Source: Gonapodya sp. JEL0774 (taxonomy: Eukaryota). Taken from it: a stretch of DNA of 63,921 nt. Location of the stretch: contig JADIIX010000072.1 in NCBI GenBank assembly GCA_027604505.1, forward strand, positions 1-63,921, in the 5' to 3' direction. A program made the position numbers and the translations under genes. Positions 25,666 to 40,161 of this stretch are shown piece after piece. The first letter of the stretch is position 1. Every line of letters starts with the position of its first letter. The notes under the pieces were generated by a model, which saw only the letters and a program-made list of their open reading frames with translations, was not told where the DNA came from and did not search any database.

Positions 25666-26761
25666 ATGTCCACGCTCCAATTCCCCCGCTGTATTCCACG
25701 ACGTTCCCCAATTGTCGCTAATGCCCCTCGTTTCCGGACGATGGCTATGTCACCCACACCCAAACCCCCGAAAAGCTCGCTGATGCCCGGCGTATCCCTC
25801 CCATTCTCCATAGCTGCATCATCACTCGCCGCAATAGCATCCTATTTGCCTTTTGGTCACCCGTCTGTTCTCCTCTCCGCCTCGTCAGCGCTTACCACGT
25901 TCTTGGTGTCTACGGTTGTACAAAGGAGGAACCACATCAAGTGGGTTAGAAGAAACAGGGCGGTGGCAAACGGGATGGCGCAGCTGGCTGTGTGGAGAGT
26001 AGTTGATGGCGTGAGGGATGCCTACGAGGTGGGGAAAGGAAAGCGTGGGAATGAAACGTGGAACACATCACAGGGATCAATGGTTCGTAGCTGTGGATTA
26101 AACAATATATGGATGCATTCAAGGGTGATGTGAATGAAGTCCAGGAGTGTGTCTGTCTGGAGCCAACGAACTCTGCTCCCGTTGCACGTTGCTCATTACC
26201 TCAACCTTCTCGCAGCTCACGTTGCTATTTCCCGCCAATCTCCCCACGCCCCCCACACGTCCGCGCACGCTACTTGTATCCCGACCTTCCTTGATCTCCC
26301 TACTGACATTTTCACCCTCGTACGAGGTGAGAGCCACAATGAGCATGGGACCTGTGGAGGTGTCGGCAGTGGGTTTAATGGAGCGCCGGAAACGAGGGAG
26401 CGATGAGAGAGATTTCGGAGGAGGATCGTCACCATCAATGAAAGCAAAATCGGGAGCCTCACAACCAACCGCAGCTTCTGCGTCACCTTTGCTCCTCCTC
26501 CGCCTCCAACGGGTGATTGTGTCTGGTATGACTCACCGCGTCCCTGCCCCTCCATTCACTCACTCTGCTGGATTGAAGGCGACCGCTAATTCAGCAAACA
26601 AGAGTGGTGCGGATGTTTTTGCAGGTACTGCGGTGGACCGTTCGGAAAAGATAGAGGGAACGGGCGATATAGCAGGGAGGAATGGCAATCTGACGGTCGT
26701 TCTCGATTGTGCGCAAGCAGGGGAGAAAGGGAAGACATATGAAGCAGTGGTGGTGGAGTGA
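25666..26761 (+). CDS. hypothetical protein, possibly mitochondrial membrane
   Basis: Arg-rich, presequence-like N-terminus followed by hydrophobic stretches. Continues through a probable intron into the 26147-26761 frame. Confidence 0.45.
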
Positions 26762-27294
26762 GGGGTTGAGTGGGGTTGGCACTGTTGACTATGTATCATA
26801 CCAGTATCATATATTTACACGATGTTCAGTAGGAATCTGCAGATGAAATCTACTCTTGATGAGCAGAATCTCCCATGCCCATCTTGCTCTTTCTTTCTTC
26901 CCGCTGATCAGCGCCACTGCTGGAACAGCACAGCAGAGGGCTTAGCTAGAACGATTTTGCTAAACAGCCAATGTTCTCCGAGGGTTACGGTCGCTTCCAA
27001 CGGCGCAAGAATCCTCATTCCTATTCGTCTATTCTATTTCTCCAATGATCCCCAATATTCATGAAGGCAACACCTAAGGCAACAGATATTCTCGTTTGAA
27101 ATTTCTGGAGCCGCCGCGTATGGGGATCCGTGCCGGGTGCGGAGCATCACCGTGATCCGGCCAGGGAGACGTGATTTTCCGTTCCGGGGGGGCCCACGTC
27201 ATTCACTGCTTTATAACTCCCAACCGATCCACCTCTCGCAGACAAATTCTAAAACAGTGAGACATTTGGCACGTGCGACACCCAAAAGATAAAG

Positions 27295-28396
27295 ATGCCG
27301 ATTATCACGCTGCCATCGGGACAGGAACTCAACTACATCGAGGTTGGACCCTCTGTGAGTAGAAATTTGTTCTCGATACGAGCCCCATGAAATTTTTTTA
27401 CATATTTACAAACTTCAAATATGTCTGTCTTAAGGATGCGCCTGCAGTGCTCTTTCTACATGCCCTGTTCACAGGGGCGGTGATGTGGGAAAGTCAGGTG
27501 AATGGTCCCCAGCCCCAAGGTTCTATGGCTATATGTCGATGCTAACTTTTTGTTCATGTTCAAATCTAAGATCTCCGCTCTCAGCGGTGAATTCCGCTGC
27601 ATAGCGTTTGATGCCAGAGGCCATGGAAACACCCCTGCAACTTCACCTTTCACAACGACGGACATTGTGAACGATGCAATCGCACTCCTTGACCATCTCT
27701 CCATCAAGAACGCTGCCTTAGTCGGGAATTCTCAGGGTGGCTGGCTTGCACTCGAAATGGCTCTCAAGTGTCCGGAGCGGGTTACTGCAATAAGTCTGAT
27801 CTCGACTTCTGTGCGAGGACAGTCTGAGCAATCACTCATTGGTATGAAGAAGCTGGCGGAAATTTGGAAGGATCAAGGAATCGAGGCGATCAAGGGTGCC
27901 TTTGTGTGGACAGCGTTGGGTGATTCGTTCACGGACGAGAAAGAGATCGCCAAGTGGTTGGGAGTCGCCGATAAGAGAGGTGCAGAAACAAGAGTGAGAT
28001 ACATTGGGCAAAACATCTATCAATCTTGAAGCCGTCATAACCTTCTGTTCCCTAGGTGCTTGCCTTTGAATCGGCCATGTCACGCTCGGCCCTGGAAAAC
28101 AAGATTGGCTCCCTTCAGCATCCTGTTCAGATCTTGCATGCTCAAGAAGACCGCTCATTTCCAGTGGAGGAAGCCGAGTATTCACGGAAAGCGCTCGGTG
28201 CTGCTGTCAAGGATTTCGCCATCATCCCGAACGGTGCCCACGTACTGCCTCTCACCAACCCCGAAGGTGAGCGTTTATGCATTCCGGACAAACCCATGAA
28301 TTCAGCACTCATACTTGCCTTTGCGTAGACACCAACAAGCTTTTAAGTTCATTCCTGAAGGAGTTCGCCACGTTTCACGTCGCGATGTCAGGGTGA
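27295..28396 (+). CDS. alpha/beta hydrolase (3-oxoadipate enol-lactonase-like), multi-exon
   Basis: LNYIEVG|..AVLFLHALF, FDARGHG, nucleophile GNSQGG, HAQED acid residue, GAHVL histidine. Confidence 0.9.
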
Positions 28397-28506
28397 ATGA
28401 AAACTCATGTAACTACAAACGAAGTAGATTAGTGCCCAAAGAGCAAAAAGTGAATCGTATAAAAGTACGGTGACTTACTTATTCATTGTGAAACATCCGG
28501 CCGAGA

Positions 28507-28562
28507 CTGATGATCAAGTATCCATGTCCCGCAACTGATCATCAAGCATCCATGTCCCGCAA
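28507..28562 (+). repeat. 28-bp tandem duplication spanning the SDR start codon
   Basis: CTGAT(G/C)ATCAAG(T/C)ATCCATGTCCCGCAA occurs twice. Confidence 0.9.
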
Positions 28563-30068
28563 CGTCTCTTTCTCCTTCAAGTTACCCAAAGTATTCATCA
28601 TCGGTACGCGTTTCCCTTGCCCTCCTTTTCATCTCGCATCCGTCCTTGAAACGTTTTCATGCGACAAGGAGCGAATGGTTACGTGGGCGGTCCCGTCTCG
28701 CGTATCATGTCCTACGCTGGCTACAGGGTTTTTGGCCTTGCTCGATCTGCCGAAAAGGGGGCAGAGCTGGCCAAATTTGATGTGATTCCGGTAATCGGAA
28801 CCCTTGAAGGTCAGAGAGTACCGGGAACGGAGCGGATTGGAAGACCCAGCATTTGATGTGCTCTGTTAAACTCCACAAAATGGATTGGTCAAAGATACTG
28901 ACGCATGGGTTCATCGGTGAGCTGCTTCAGATCGCGAAAGAGTCTACTGTCGGACATTAGTATGTTTTCTACAGAGCCGCTCAATGCACCATCATTATCG
29001 ACTGCTCGCAAGGTAACTTAGATGCGCCACTTGGCGTTGGAAGCACCAACAACGCACCCACATGTGAACAGACAATTCGAATCGGGCGCAACATGCTAGC
29101 AAGATTCTCAAAGCCCTCGATGTGATATCCAAGTATCGCAGCGAACACATGCCGGAAGCTGACGAAGAAATGTTCGTGGTTTATACAAGTGGCTTAGCCG
29201 TTTATGGTGGAAATGATGTGGGTCATTCACATCAGCGGATCAATATCACGCATAATTGTTGATTCGCTTGTTTTCGAACTAGCCACCTGGAAGTGTGGTG
29301 ACTGAAGAGACGGAAGCGAAGCCTGGACCTTTTGTAGCGTTCAGACCCGCCGTAGAGAAGAAGATATTGGAGGTCTGTTGTTGAGAGACTACGTGTTCTC
29401 GGTTTTCCAAATGTTAAAATCCTCATGTATTGTCTCGGTTTTGACGTCACAGCACCCACGATATCGAGCAATTGTTTTGCGGCTGCCACTCATGTGTAAG
29501 CTCCACAGCAAGCCAGCCATCTACGGTAGTCAAACATTCACCAGTGCCTGAAAGACGGCCTTCTCTCTCCCCACACTCACTCCATATTTCAGCCTCTTTT
29601 GGAGCACCCACCTAACGTCCCTTTCCCTATTCTCGGTACGCCAGATTCCCTCCGGTCTGTCGCGCATGTGCAGGATGTCGCTGCCGTTTACCTGCGAGCA
29701 GTGCAGAGGAGAGAGGAAGTTGCTGGACAGTTGTTCAATGTTGCGAACAGAGTTCATGAGAGGTGGGGTGAGGTAATGGACAAGGCTGCCAAGGTTATGG
29801 GATGGCAAGGTGGGAATCACCGATGGTAATGCCCCGGCGTTGAGTTGAGCCTCACCTTGCCCCCACAGGAACCTTCACATACATATCGCCTAGAACGCCC
29901 TTCGAGCAACACCGTGCTGGTGGCACAGGAGTTGTTGTGAACCCTGTGCGTGTAGAAAAGGTGCTCGGATTCAGGCAAAGGCATGCAGGGTTGCTCGAAG
30001 GGATTGAGAGGTGGTACGAGATGTGGTTGGCGGGGAGGCGGGGCACCAATGGAGGGGCGAAGCTGTAA
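28552..30068 (+). CDS. NAD(P)-dependent epimerase/dehydratase (extended SDR) ending in a PTS1 signal
   Basis: Rossmann motif KVFIIG|ANGYVG, LARS, VVYTSG, AHVQDVAAVY; terminus ...GGAKL*. Confidence 0.85.
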
Positions 30069-30183
30069 TTTTGACGTTGTAATATTCGGTTGTAGGCCCA
30101 TTCTGATGTGTGGGAAAATAAATACTAACGCACGTTGTTGTTGCTCACAAGGGGAGTCAATTCAGTCCTGATGGAAGGCGATT

Positions 30184-33463
<3,280 letters not shown>

Positions 33464-33645
33464 GAGCGGGCGGGAAGAAGCCTGGGAGCATTTCGATGAG
33501 ATACGCATAGAAGTGTGTCCTGAACTATCTGTTATTACCGAGACTCGGCTGTCGCTTGATGACCGCGCAAGACAACAGAACGCCATTATCTTTCGATCTT
33601 TTGCACTCTAGATACAATTAAATAATACATTGGATGTTCAAAAGT

Positions 33646-34249
33646 CTATGAACTGTGATGGGCACTTGATCCAAGAGAAGTCTCACTTCTGCGCCAGACG
33701 AGAACGGCGGTGATGAGCACGGCCAGCGAGGCAACGCCAACAGCAAGCAGTGTCGACTGCGAGAAGGAGACACCACCCACTGTCGCAGTAGCTGCATCGG
33801 ATTGTATCGTGACAGAGTACGTATTCGCCGGGGGGGCGGCCTTTTCCCAGGGCCGCCGATAGAGGAGTTGGATACGGCCAGGACCGCCTTCTGCACGGAA
33901 GCGGAACCAGAAAGTGCCTCCTACGCCAACGAAGCCTAGATTCAATAAAAGACAGACGAGAGGTGCGAGATGAGAGTGGGAGAGAGTGGGAGAGGGAGAG
34001 CGGGAGAGTGGGAATAACCTTGCGGGTTTACGTCAGCCTGATAACTACTCTCAGTGAGAGAGACGCCTATGGATCCTGACTCCTCCCAGATGTAGCCGGT
34101 TGTGGGATTGCCCTTGAGGCGAACCTTTCGGTGTAGATAAGGTTAGGGGGTTGAGAAAAGAGATATGCAACTGCATTCACCTCGATTGCGTCTCCCCGGG
34201 TCATGGAGACGGTTTTCCCATTGTCTAAATCTGCGAGTTTTGCGGCCAT
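33646..34249 (-). CDS. chagasin-family (Inhibitor I42) cysteine-peptidase inhibitor with C-terminal TM helix, 3 exons, 154 aa
   Basis: Exons 34249-34181, 34124-34019 and 33935-33646 give ...DNGKTVSMTRGDAIE|VRLKGNPTTGYIW...PQG|FVGVGGTFWFRF...QLLYRRPWE. All three I42 loop motifs are present. Confidence 0.88.
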
Positions 34250-34379
34250 AATTAGTCGATGGCGGATTTGGCAATGCCAGGCTTCTTTTGAGGGGGTTGT
34301 CTGAGGAGGCTCGCATGTTGGAGTCGCTTTGGCCACAGCAGCAGCTGGCTGTTGGTCACGGTCTACGGATGTTCCAATA

Positions 34380-36447
34380 ATGTCAATAACGATCAGCGCC
34401 AGTGCAACATCTGATTTACTTCAAAGCGTCTCAACAGAAACGTCTCACCGAAATGGGGAAATCAACTACCAAGCCGCTCCAGAACGGAGGTTGATCCAAT
34501 CCGGCTCCCTTCTCGTGCCCAGAGATGTTGTTTCCTTGTGTTCAAGCAGAGACGATGAGACAACTCTTGTAGAAGGCACGGGAGGCAGGGAATCGCCTTT
34601 TCGGACAGGTGCCCAAAGACTGTCGTCATCACCGACGCAACCGGCATCGGCCACAGGGGAGATCGCCAGTCACGGACAGAATCCCATTTTATCCCTAGTA
34701 TATGAACAACACTCGCATGGTCAACCGTTGGTTGCAATGGAAACTGTGGCCGCTCCCGACCGAGTGCCAGAAGGCGTAATGACTGCGGTGCCCTTTGTTC
34801 AGACACAGGGACACCATAATCTCGGTCACGACACCCTTGACCACAATCTCCACAACCATCTTAGCTCCAGCTCCCACTCTAATGCCCCCACAACGCTGTC
34901 TTCATCCTCTTTATTCTACCGCTCTCACATCCAACCTCATCTCGACACACCAGAACCGGACCCGGACGACGACCTTCATGCTGGTTTAGACCTGCATACA
35001 CCGTGGGACAGATCGGACACTCTCGGCGAGTTTGAATACGCATTGCTGTCCAGAGCTACTGCTCTGGGGGCGGGCGCGGTTCAGAGAGGAGAGGACGACT
35101 ACCTGGACGATGACTTTTACGAACCGCACGATGAGTGGTGGAACACTCCCATTAACGTTGCAGACGAGTACGGCCGACAGGATTGGACTTACGATGCGCA
35201 CTTTTTGCGACACGCGCGACCCCGGAATCCCCTGTACCATGCTGTGGCGGAGGGATACACTTCCGGGAAGAAGTTAGTGGCGCAAGGTGCGGGTGCGGTT
35301 CGAGATGCTGCGATGGGGAGTGGAGCATATGTTAGAGGATTTTGGATGGGTGGAAAGGTGAGGTCCCATGGTTCTCAGTTCCGTGGGGAAGCACAGCCAA
35401 CATCCCTCCTGACGATCGATGTTTTCGGCTCCCCAACTGTAGAACGCCAATCGACCGATTAACCCCTCTCCCCTCCCACTCCTCCCCACAAAACCCCCCA
35501 ACCCTTTCCCAGTGCCACCCAGCTCGCACTTCCCGCGGATCCACCTTCCAACAATCCACATTCCGGCAAATCTGCGATGGCGTGACTGGTGGGAAGCGTT
35601 TTGGTCGCACCTACTCTTCACCACCACCACGTCTTCTGTTTCATCTTCAAATCCTAAACTCACATCGCGGCCGGCAGTACCGCCGTCGGAACGTATTTAC
35701 GCCTTCCCTTACCCCACAACTTACGTCACCGATGCCGTCTGCGACACGTGTAGCGATACGGCAGATGGCGCATTTACATCTGGTGGTGCCCATGAACACG
35801 ACCACCATAGGCCCGCACTAGGGGACTCGTTACTGTACCTCCACCGTGCGCCAGTGGAGTCTGCAGAAGCCGTGTCTTCAAGCGAAGACCCTGAAGACTC
35901 CACCTTGTCTGCCCAACTCGCCCACACTCGAGCCCAATTCGCCCGTGTAGTCGCAGCGACGGTGACGGTTTCCGCAATGTTAGCCGCCGCGGTGATGGGT
36001 GAGGGCTGGTTCGGGGTGGCCCGGAGATTGGGAATGGTGGTGAGGAGGATGGGAGAGGTGAAGCGGGGCTTCGAGGGGTGGAAAGGGGATGACAGGGAGG
36101 TGGACGGAGGTTGGGAGGCGGAGGTGGTAGTGGACGGTGCAGAAGGCGATGGGTGGGTGGTGGTCATTTCCAAAAACGTTGAGGCACCAAGTGTGAAAAT
36201 GGAAATGGGAGGGGCTTTGGAGGAGGGAATTGCAGATGCTATGGGTGTAACGAGGCCAGAAGAGGCAAGCGCACTGGAATTGGAGCAGCATCGGCAAATC
36301 CCAGAGATGAAGCCTTCGATTGCGGAATCCGTGCCGTGCATTTCGGTGAAAGTGGAGGGAGGACAAGGTGCGGTATTGAGTGAAACTCAACAGTGCGGCG
36401 GTGAACGTGAAGTGGAGGGCAGAATGGAGGAAGTGGAGTGCATTTAA
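34380..36447 (+). CDS. hypothetical protein with His/acidic-rich regions and a likely TM segment, 2+ exons
   Basis: 377-aa and 311-aa ORFs in tandem; hydrophobic VVAATVTVSAMLAAAVMG. Confidence 0.55.
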
Positions 36448-36543
36448 TTGGTTTAGTTGTGATCCGTTTACTGTTACTCCTGACATGTTACACATCAGAA
36501 TAAAATCCATGTGTTGTTATCGAATACGTATGGGAACCACCCC

Positions 36544-38808
36544 ATGAGCGACGACATTTATACCAACGATCCGGAATACATTGCCACTCAGCTGGAAATC
36601 ATCGCCCCGCCGCGACTCACACCGCCATCGGTTTGGTTCGCTGAGCACCCAGAGGAACGAAGACCCGGCGGCGGGGGTGGTGGACGAGGTGGTGGGGAAA
36701 GGGCACGTGGTGGGAGCAGGGGAGGAGGACCGAGTCGGGTAGATGGAGGTGGCAGGGGAAGAGATCGGAGTTTTCATCCTTACGGTGATCGAGGAGGGAG
36801 TGGACGGCACTCCGACGAGTTTCGGGGATCGCAATATCAGCAACCGCAACAGCAGCCGAGTCGATACACTGGTGGTTGGTTGAGTCAGCCGAATCAGTCA
36901 AATCAGCCCGGCCATTTGCATGGAAACGACATTGGAAATGTTGTGAGCGATTCAGTTTGAAGATCAGCAACCCCCTCCATCTTCACATCCCTCAATGTTT
37001 TGTCCAGCACACTCAACCAGCAGACCCTCTGCAACGTCCACCCAACGATTTCTCCGACCTTCCCCCTATCTGGACTTACGACGGACCGACTCCACAACCA
37101 GCATCTGTTCCATCAGCCGCTCTTCCTACTGTTCCTGCTCCGGTAGCACTGCCAGAGGTTCCACTGAGTCGTTTGACATGGTTTGAAAGAACAAATGCTG
37201 TGAAGGTGGAGAGCAGGCTTGAGGGGCTCAAGATGAAAGAGGAAAAGGTGAGGGGACGACTGAATAGTCATGGTCGGCCGAGATATAAAGCAAAATCTTC
37301 CTCGTTGAATGTTACAATAGGCTGGAATTGTCAACTATGGTCGGTATTCCGAAGAGGACCTCGTCACCGAGCTCATGAAGTCCAAGGTAATATCACTATC
37401 CCCTTAGGCCCTGTTCATTTTCAGGGACTCTTTCCACACACGTAGATACTCCTTACTCCTCTCCCACCGGCTACTTATCTTCCCGCGCGTGCAAAAGCCA
37501 ACCCTTACGAGCTCGTTGGCCGCACGGGATTCACGAACCGCGCTGCCGTCAAGCTCGCGGAATTAGATTGGATTCTCGACGGGGCGATTTCAGGCACCCG
37601 GAGCTCGCAATCGAAGGGTGTCTGGACGTGGTTGGATTTGTGTGGTGGTCCTGGCGGATTTTCAGGTGAGTCCTGTGGTGGTCTTACTAATAAGTGTGGT
37701 GCTGGTTTCCCACGGTGTGTGTGCCAACCTACGACGAACCAGAATACCTTCTCTGGCGCCGCCGTTCCCTTAACCTCCCGACCCTCGGCATCGCCACTAC
37801 TCTGAAATCCGCCTCTAACTTTGAGAGTCAAAACTCCTCCTCTGAGACCACATCTGGTGACCTGGACTTGCAACCCACCACATTCCATCCTATCGCCCGT
37901 CGCGCAGCAGAAGATGGGCAGTGGGAGGTATTTTATGGCTCGGACGGGTCGGGGGATATAACTCGGGCAGAAAACGTGCGCAGTGTGAGCGATCACGTCA
38001 AGGCGAAAGGAGCATGTGCGGGCGGCGTGAACGTGGTGATTGCAGATGGAGTATGTATACCGTGTGCAGTTTGGTTTCTTCAGAACATGCCGGAATTCAA
38101 ACAGTTTATCACAAGGCGTTCGAAGTGCCGGATGGCCGTGAGAACGACCAAGAAGCGTTGCATCGCCGTTTGTTCTTATGTGAGGCGGCAACCGCCGTAG
38201 CTTGTTTGAAACCTGGTGAGTGGAAAAGGGCCAAAACCTCTTAACCGGCCAACTGGTCCTCCGTGTATCCCCGTTGCAGGCGGCACTTTCCTTCTCAAAG
38301 TCTTCGATACTATCCACCCTACAACTGTTTCACTCCTTTATATTCTGTCTCTTCTCTTTTCGGAGATCGCCATGCTTAAGCCCGCTTCATCCCGCCCTGC
38401 GAACTCGGAACGGTACTTCGTCGGAAAAGGATTTACAGGGGCCCACCGTACCGCGGTGATCGAGCACTTATTGAAATGTTCCGACAGAATTGGTGAGCTC
38501 AAAGGAACAGATAAAGATGTGTACGAATTGTGTGAAGGACCGGACGAAGAGTTCGGCGACTGGATTGAGGGGCGGAACATGAGGTTTGTGGTCCACTGGA
38601 TCTGCAGTTGTTGAAATAAGCCTGAATATGTTTGTGGCCCATCGTTAGGTTCGCCATGGAGCAAACGTCTGCACTGCAGGCATTGTTCGCACATGTTGAG
38701 GACCCACGGACTGACAGCGCTTTGGACCAGACGGCCATTGCCACGCTTGCAGCAAAGGAGTGGGGAATTGACAGTGTAGTTTCGGGCCCCCAGCAGAATA
38801 GTCATTGA
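36544..38808 (+). CDS. CMTR1: cap-specific mRNA 2'-O-methyltransferase (CMTR1/FTSJD2-like, RrmJ/FtsJ fold)
   Basis: RAKANPYE...FTNRAAVKLAELD, DLCGGPGGFS|EY, VIADG, GGTFLLKVFD, KPASSRPANSERY. K-D-K-E catalytic tetrad is intact. Confidence 0.8.
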
Positions 38809-38873
38809 TCTGGCACTTTCTCAAGCAACAGATATTGATTGATCACTGCCCACTCTTGCTACGAAGTCCTGGC

Positions 38874-39954
38874 TTATAACTTCCCCTTAAGTCGTTTCTC
38901 GATCTTCTTTTCCACAATCTGGTCCACCACATTTTCTAGAACTGACGCTAACCCAGCTCGCTTCACACCGTCCTCTCCTTCGCCAAATCCAACAAGCAAT
39001 CCCCTCAAAGACCTTTCAACGTACTTTCCCATTACATCAACTTCGAGGTTGACTTTGGCACCAGGCGAGTAGAGTCCGAGTGTGACGTGCTCTCGTGTGT
39101 AGGGGATAAGCATGACGGTGAACTCCCGTTTTACGGGATCCGACCCAATAACAGTCAAGGATGTCCCGTCCAAACAAACGTAGCCCTTTGGTACAATGAA
39201 CAGGAAAGGGTCTGGAAGTTGTTCGTCTGGGGATTCGGATGTGGGCAGCACGGAGTGAGAGGCAGGGATGTGGAAGGTATAAATGAAAGAGTTGGGAGGG
39301 TCCGGTACTATCGACTTGATAATGCACGTGGTATCAACGTGCCCCTACAAACGGTTGAATTGTTGTGTCATTTCTCATTTCTCAATTGGGAAACGGATGC
39401 ACTGGTGAAAGGCTGACCTGGACCATATGACCGCCGAAACGAGATTCACCAGACATTGCACGTTCAAGATTTACTTTGGAACCAATTTTAAGCTCGCCTT
39501 GAAAGAAACCTTGGGGAGTGAGTAGGCAATATGCCCATCACCGCACCAGTGCGGATCTCACCAAGATTAGTTCTCCGCAAGGTCTCCGGCATTACGGCAA
39601 CTTTGAAAAACGTCCGAGCGGAATCGAATTCCGTTACTGTGAGGCAGACGCCTTACAATGAAAAATGAGGAAACATGATGGGTATTCGAATCGGACCGAT
39701 CTGAACGCATCAAACCCTCTCGAGCTCTCAAAACTATATTTTCACCTCCCGTTTCCTATTTCCTCTTGTTCGTTCTCTGTGAGCCTGAAAGTCCGCTCAC
39801 CATTGACCATGATTGAGTCTCCAAGCTTGCAGTCCCCAAGGATGGACGAAGCATCCGAGATGGTGAGGGACATGCCTCCCCCCCCCGTCTCCGTTTTATC
39901 CAGAGCATCGGTGACGGAGATGTAGCCGAGGTGTTCTACGATGCCGGTGAACAT
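38874..39954 (-). CDS. RIB5: riboflavin synthase alpha chain, multi-exon
   Basis: MFTGIVEH N-terminus, GDSIMVNG, VNLERAM, IVPKGYVCLDGTSLTV, VNLEVD. Confidence 0.96.
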
Positions 39955-40161
39955 TTTATAGATTGCAAATTGTGAGGTGAAACTGAGATCGGCATCTATT
40001 ATGTAATTTGCTTTGAACTTTTTCAATCATCTTCACTTCAGCTTTGTCCCCTCATAGAAATAAGATTGCGACAGTGTTATTATTATAAAAGTGTATGCAA
40101 TTTACATATTGTCACATAACTTCACAGAATTGAAAGAGCTAATCCGGACCTTTGTGACTTG

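Noticed and set aside
38874..38885. Riboflavin synthase C-terminal GKL as a peroxisomal signal
   Set aside because: Weak, non-canonical PTS1 with no other support.
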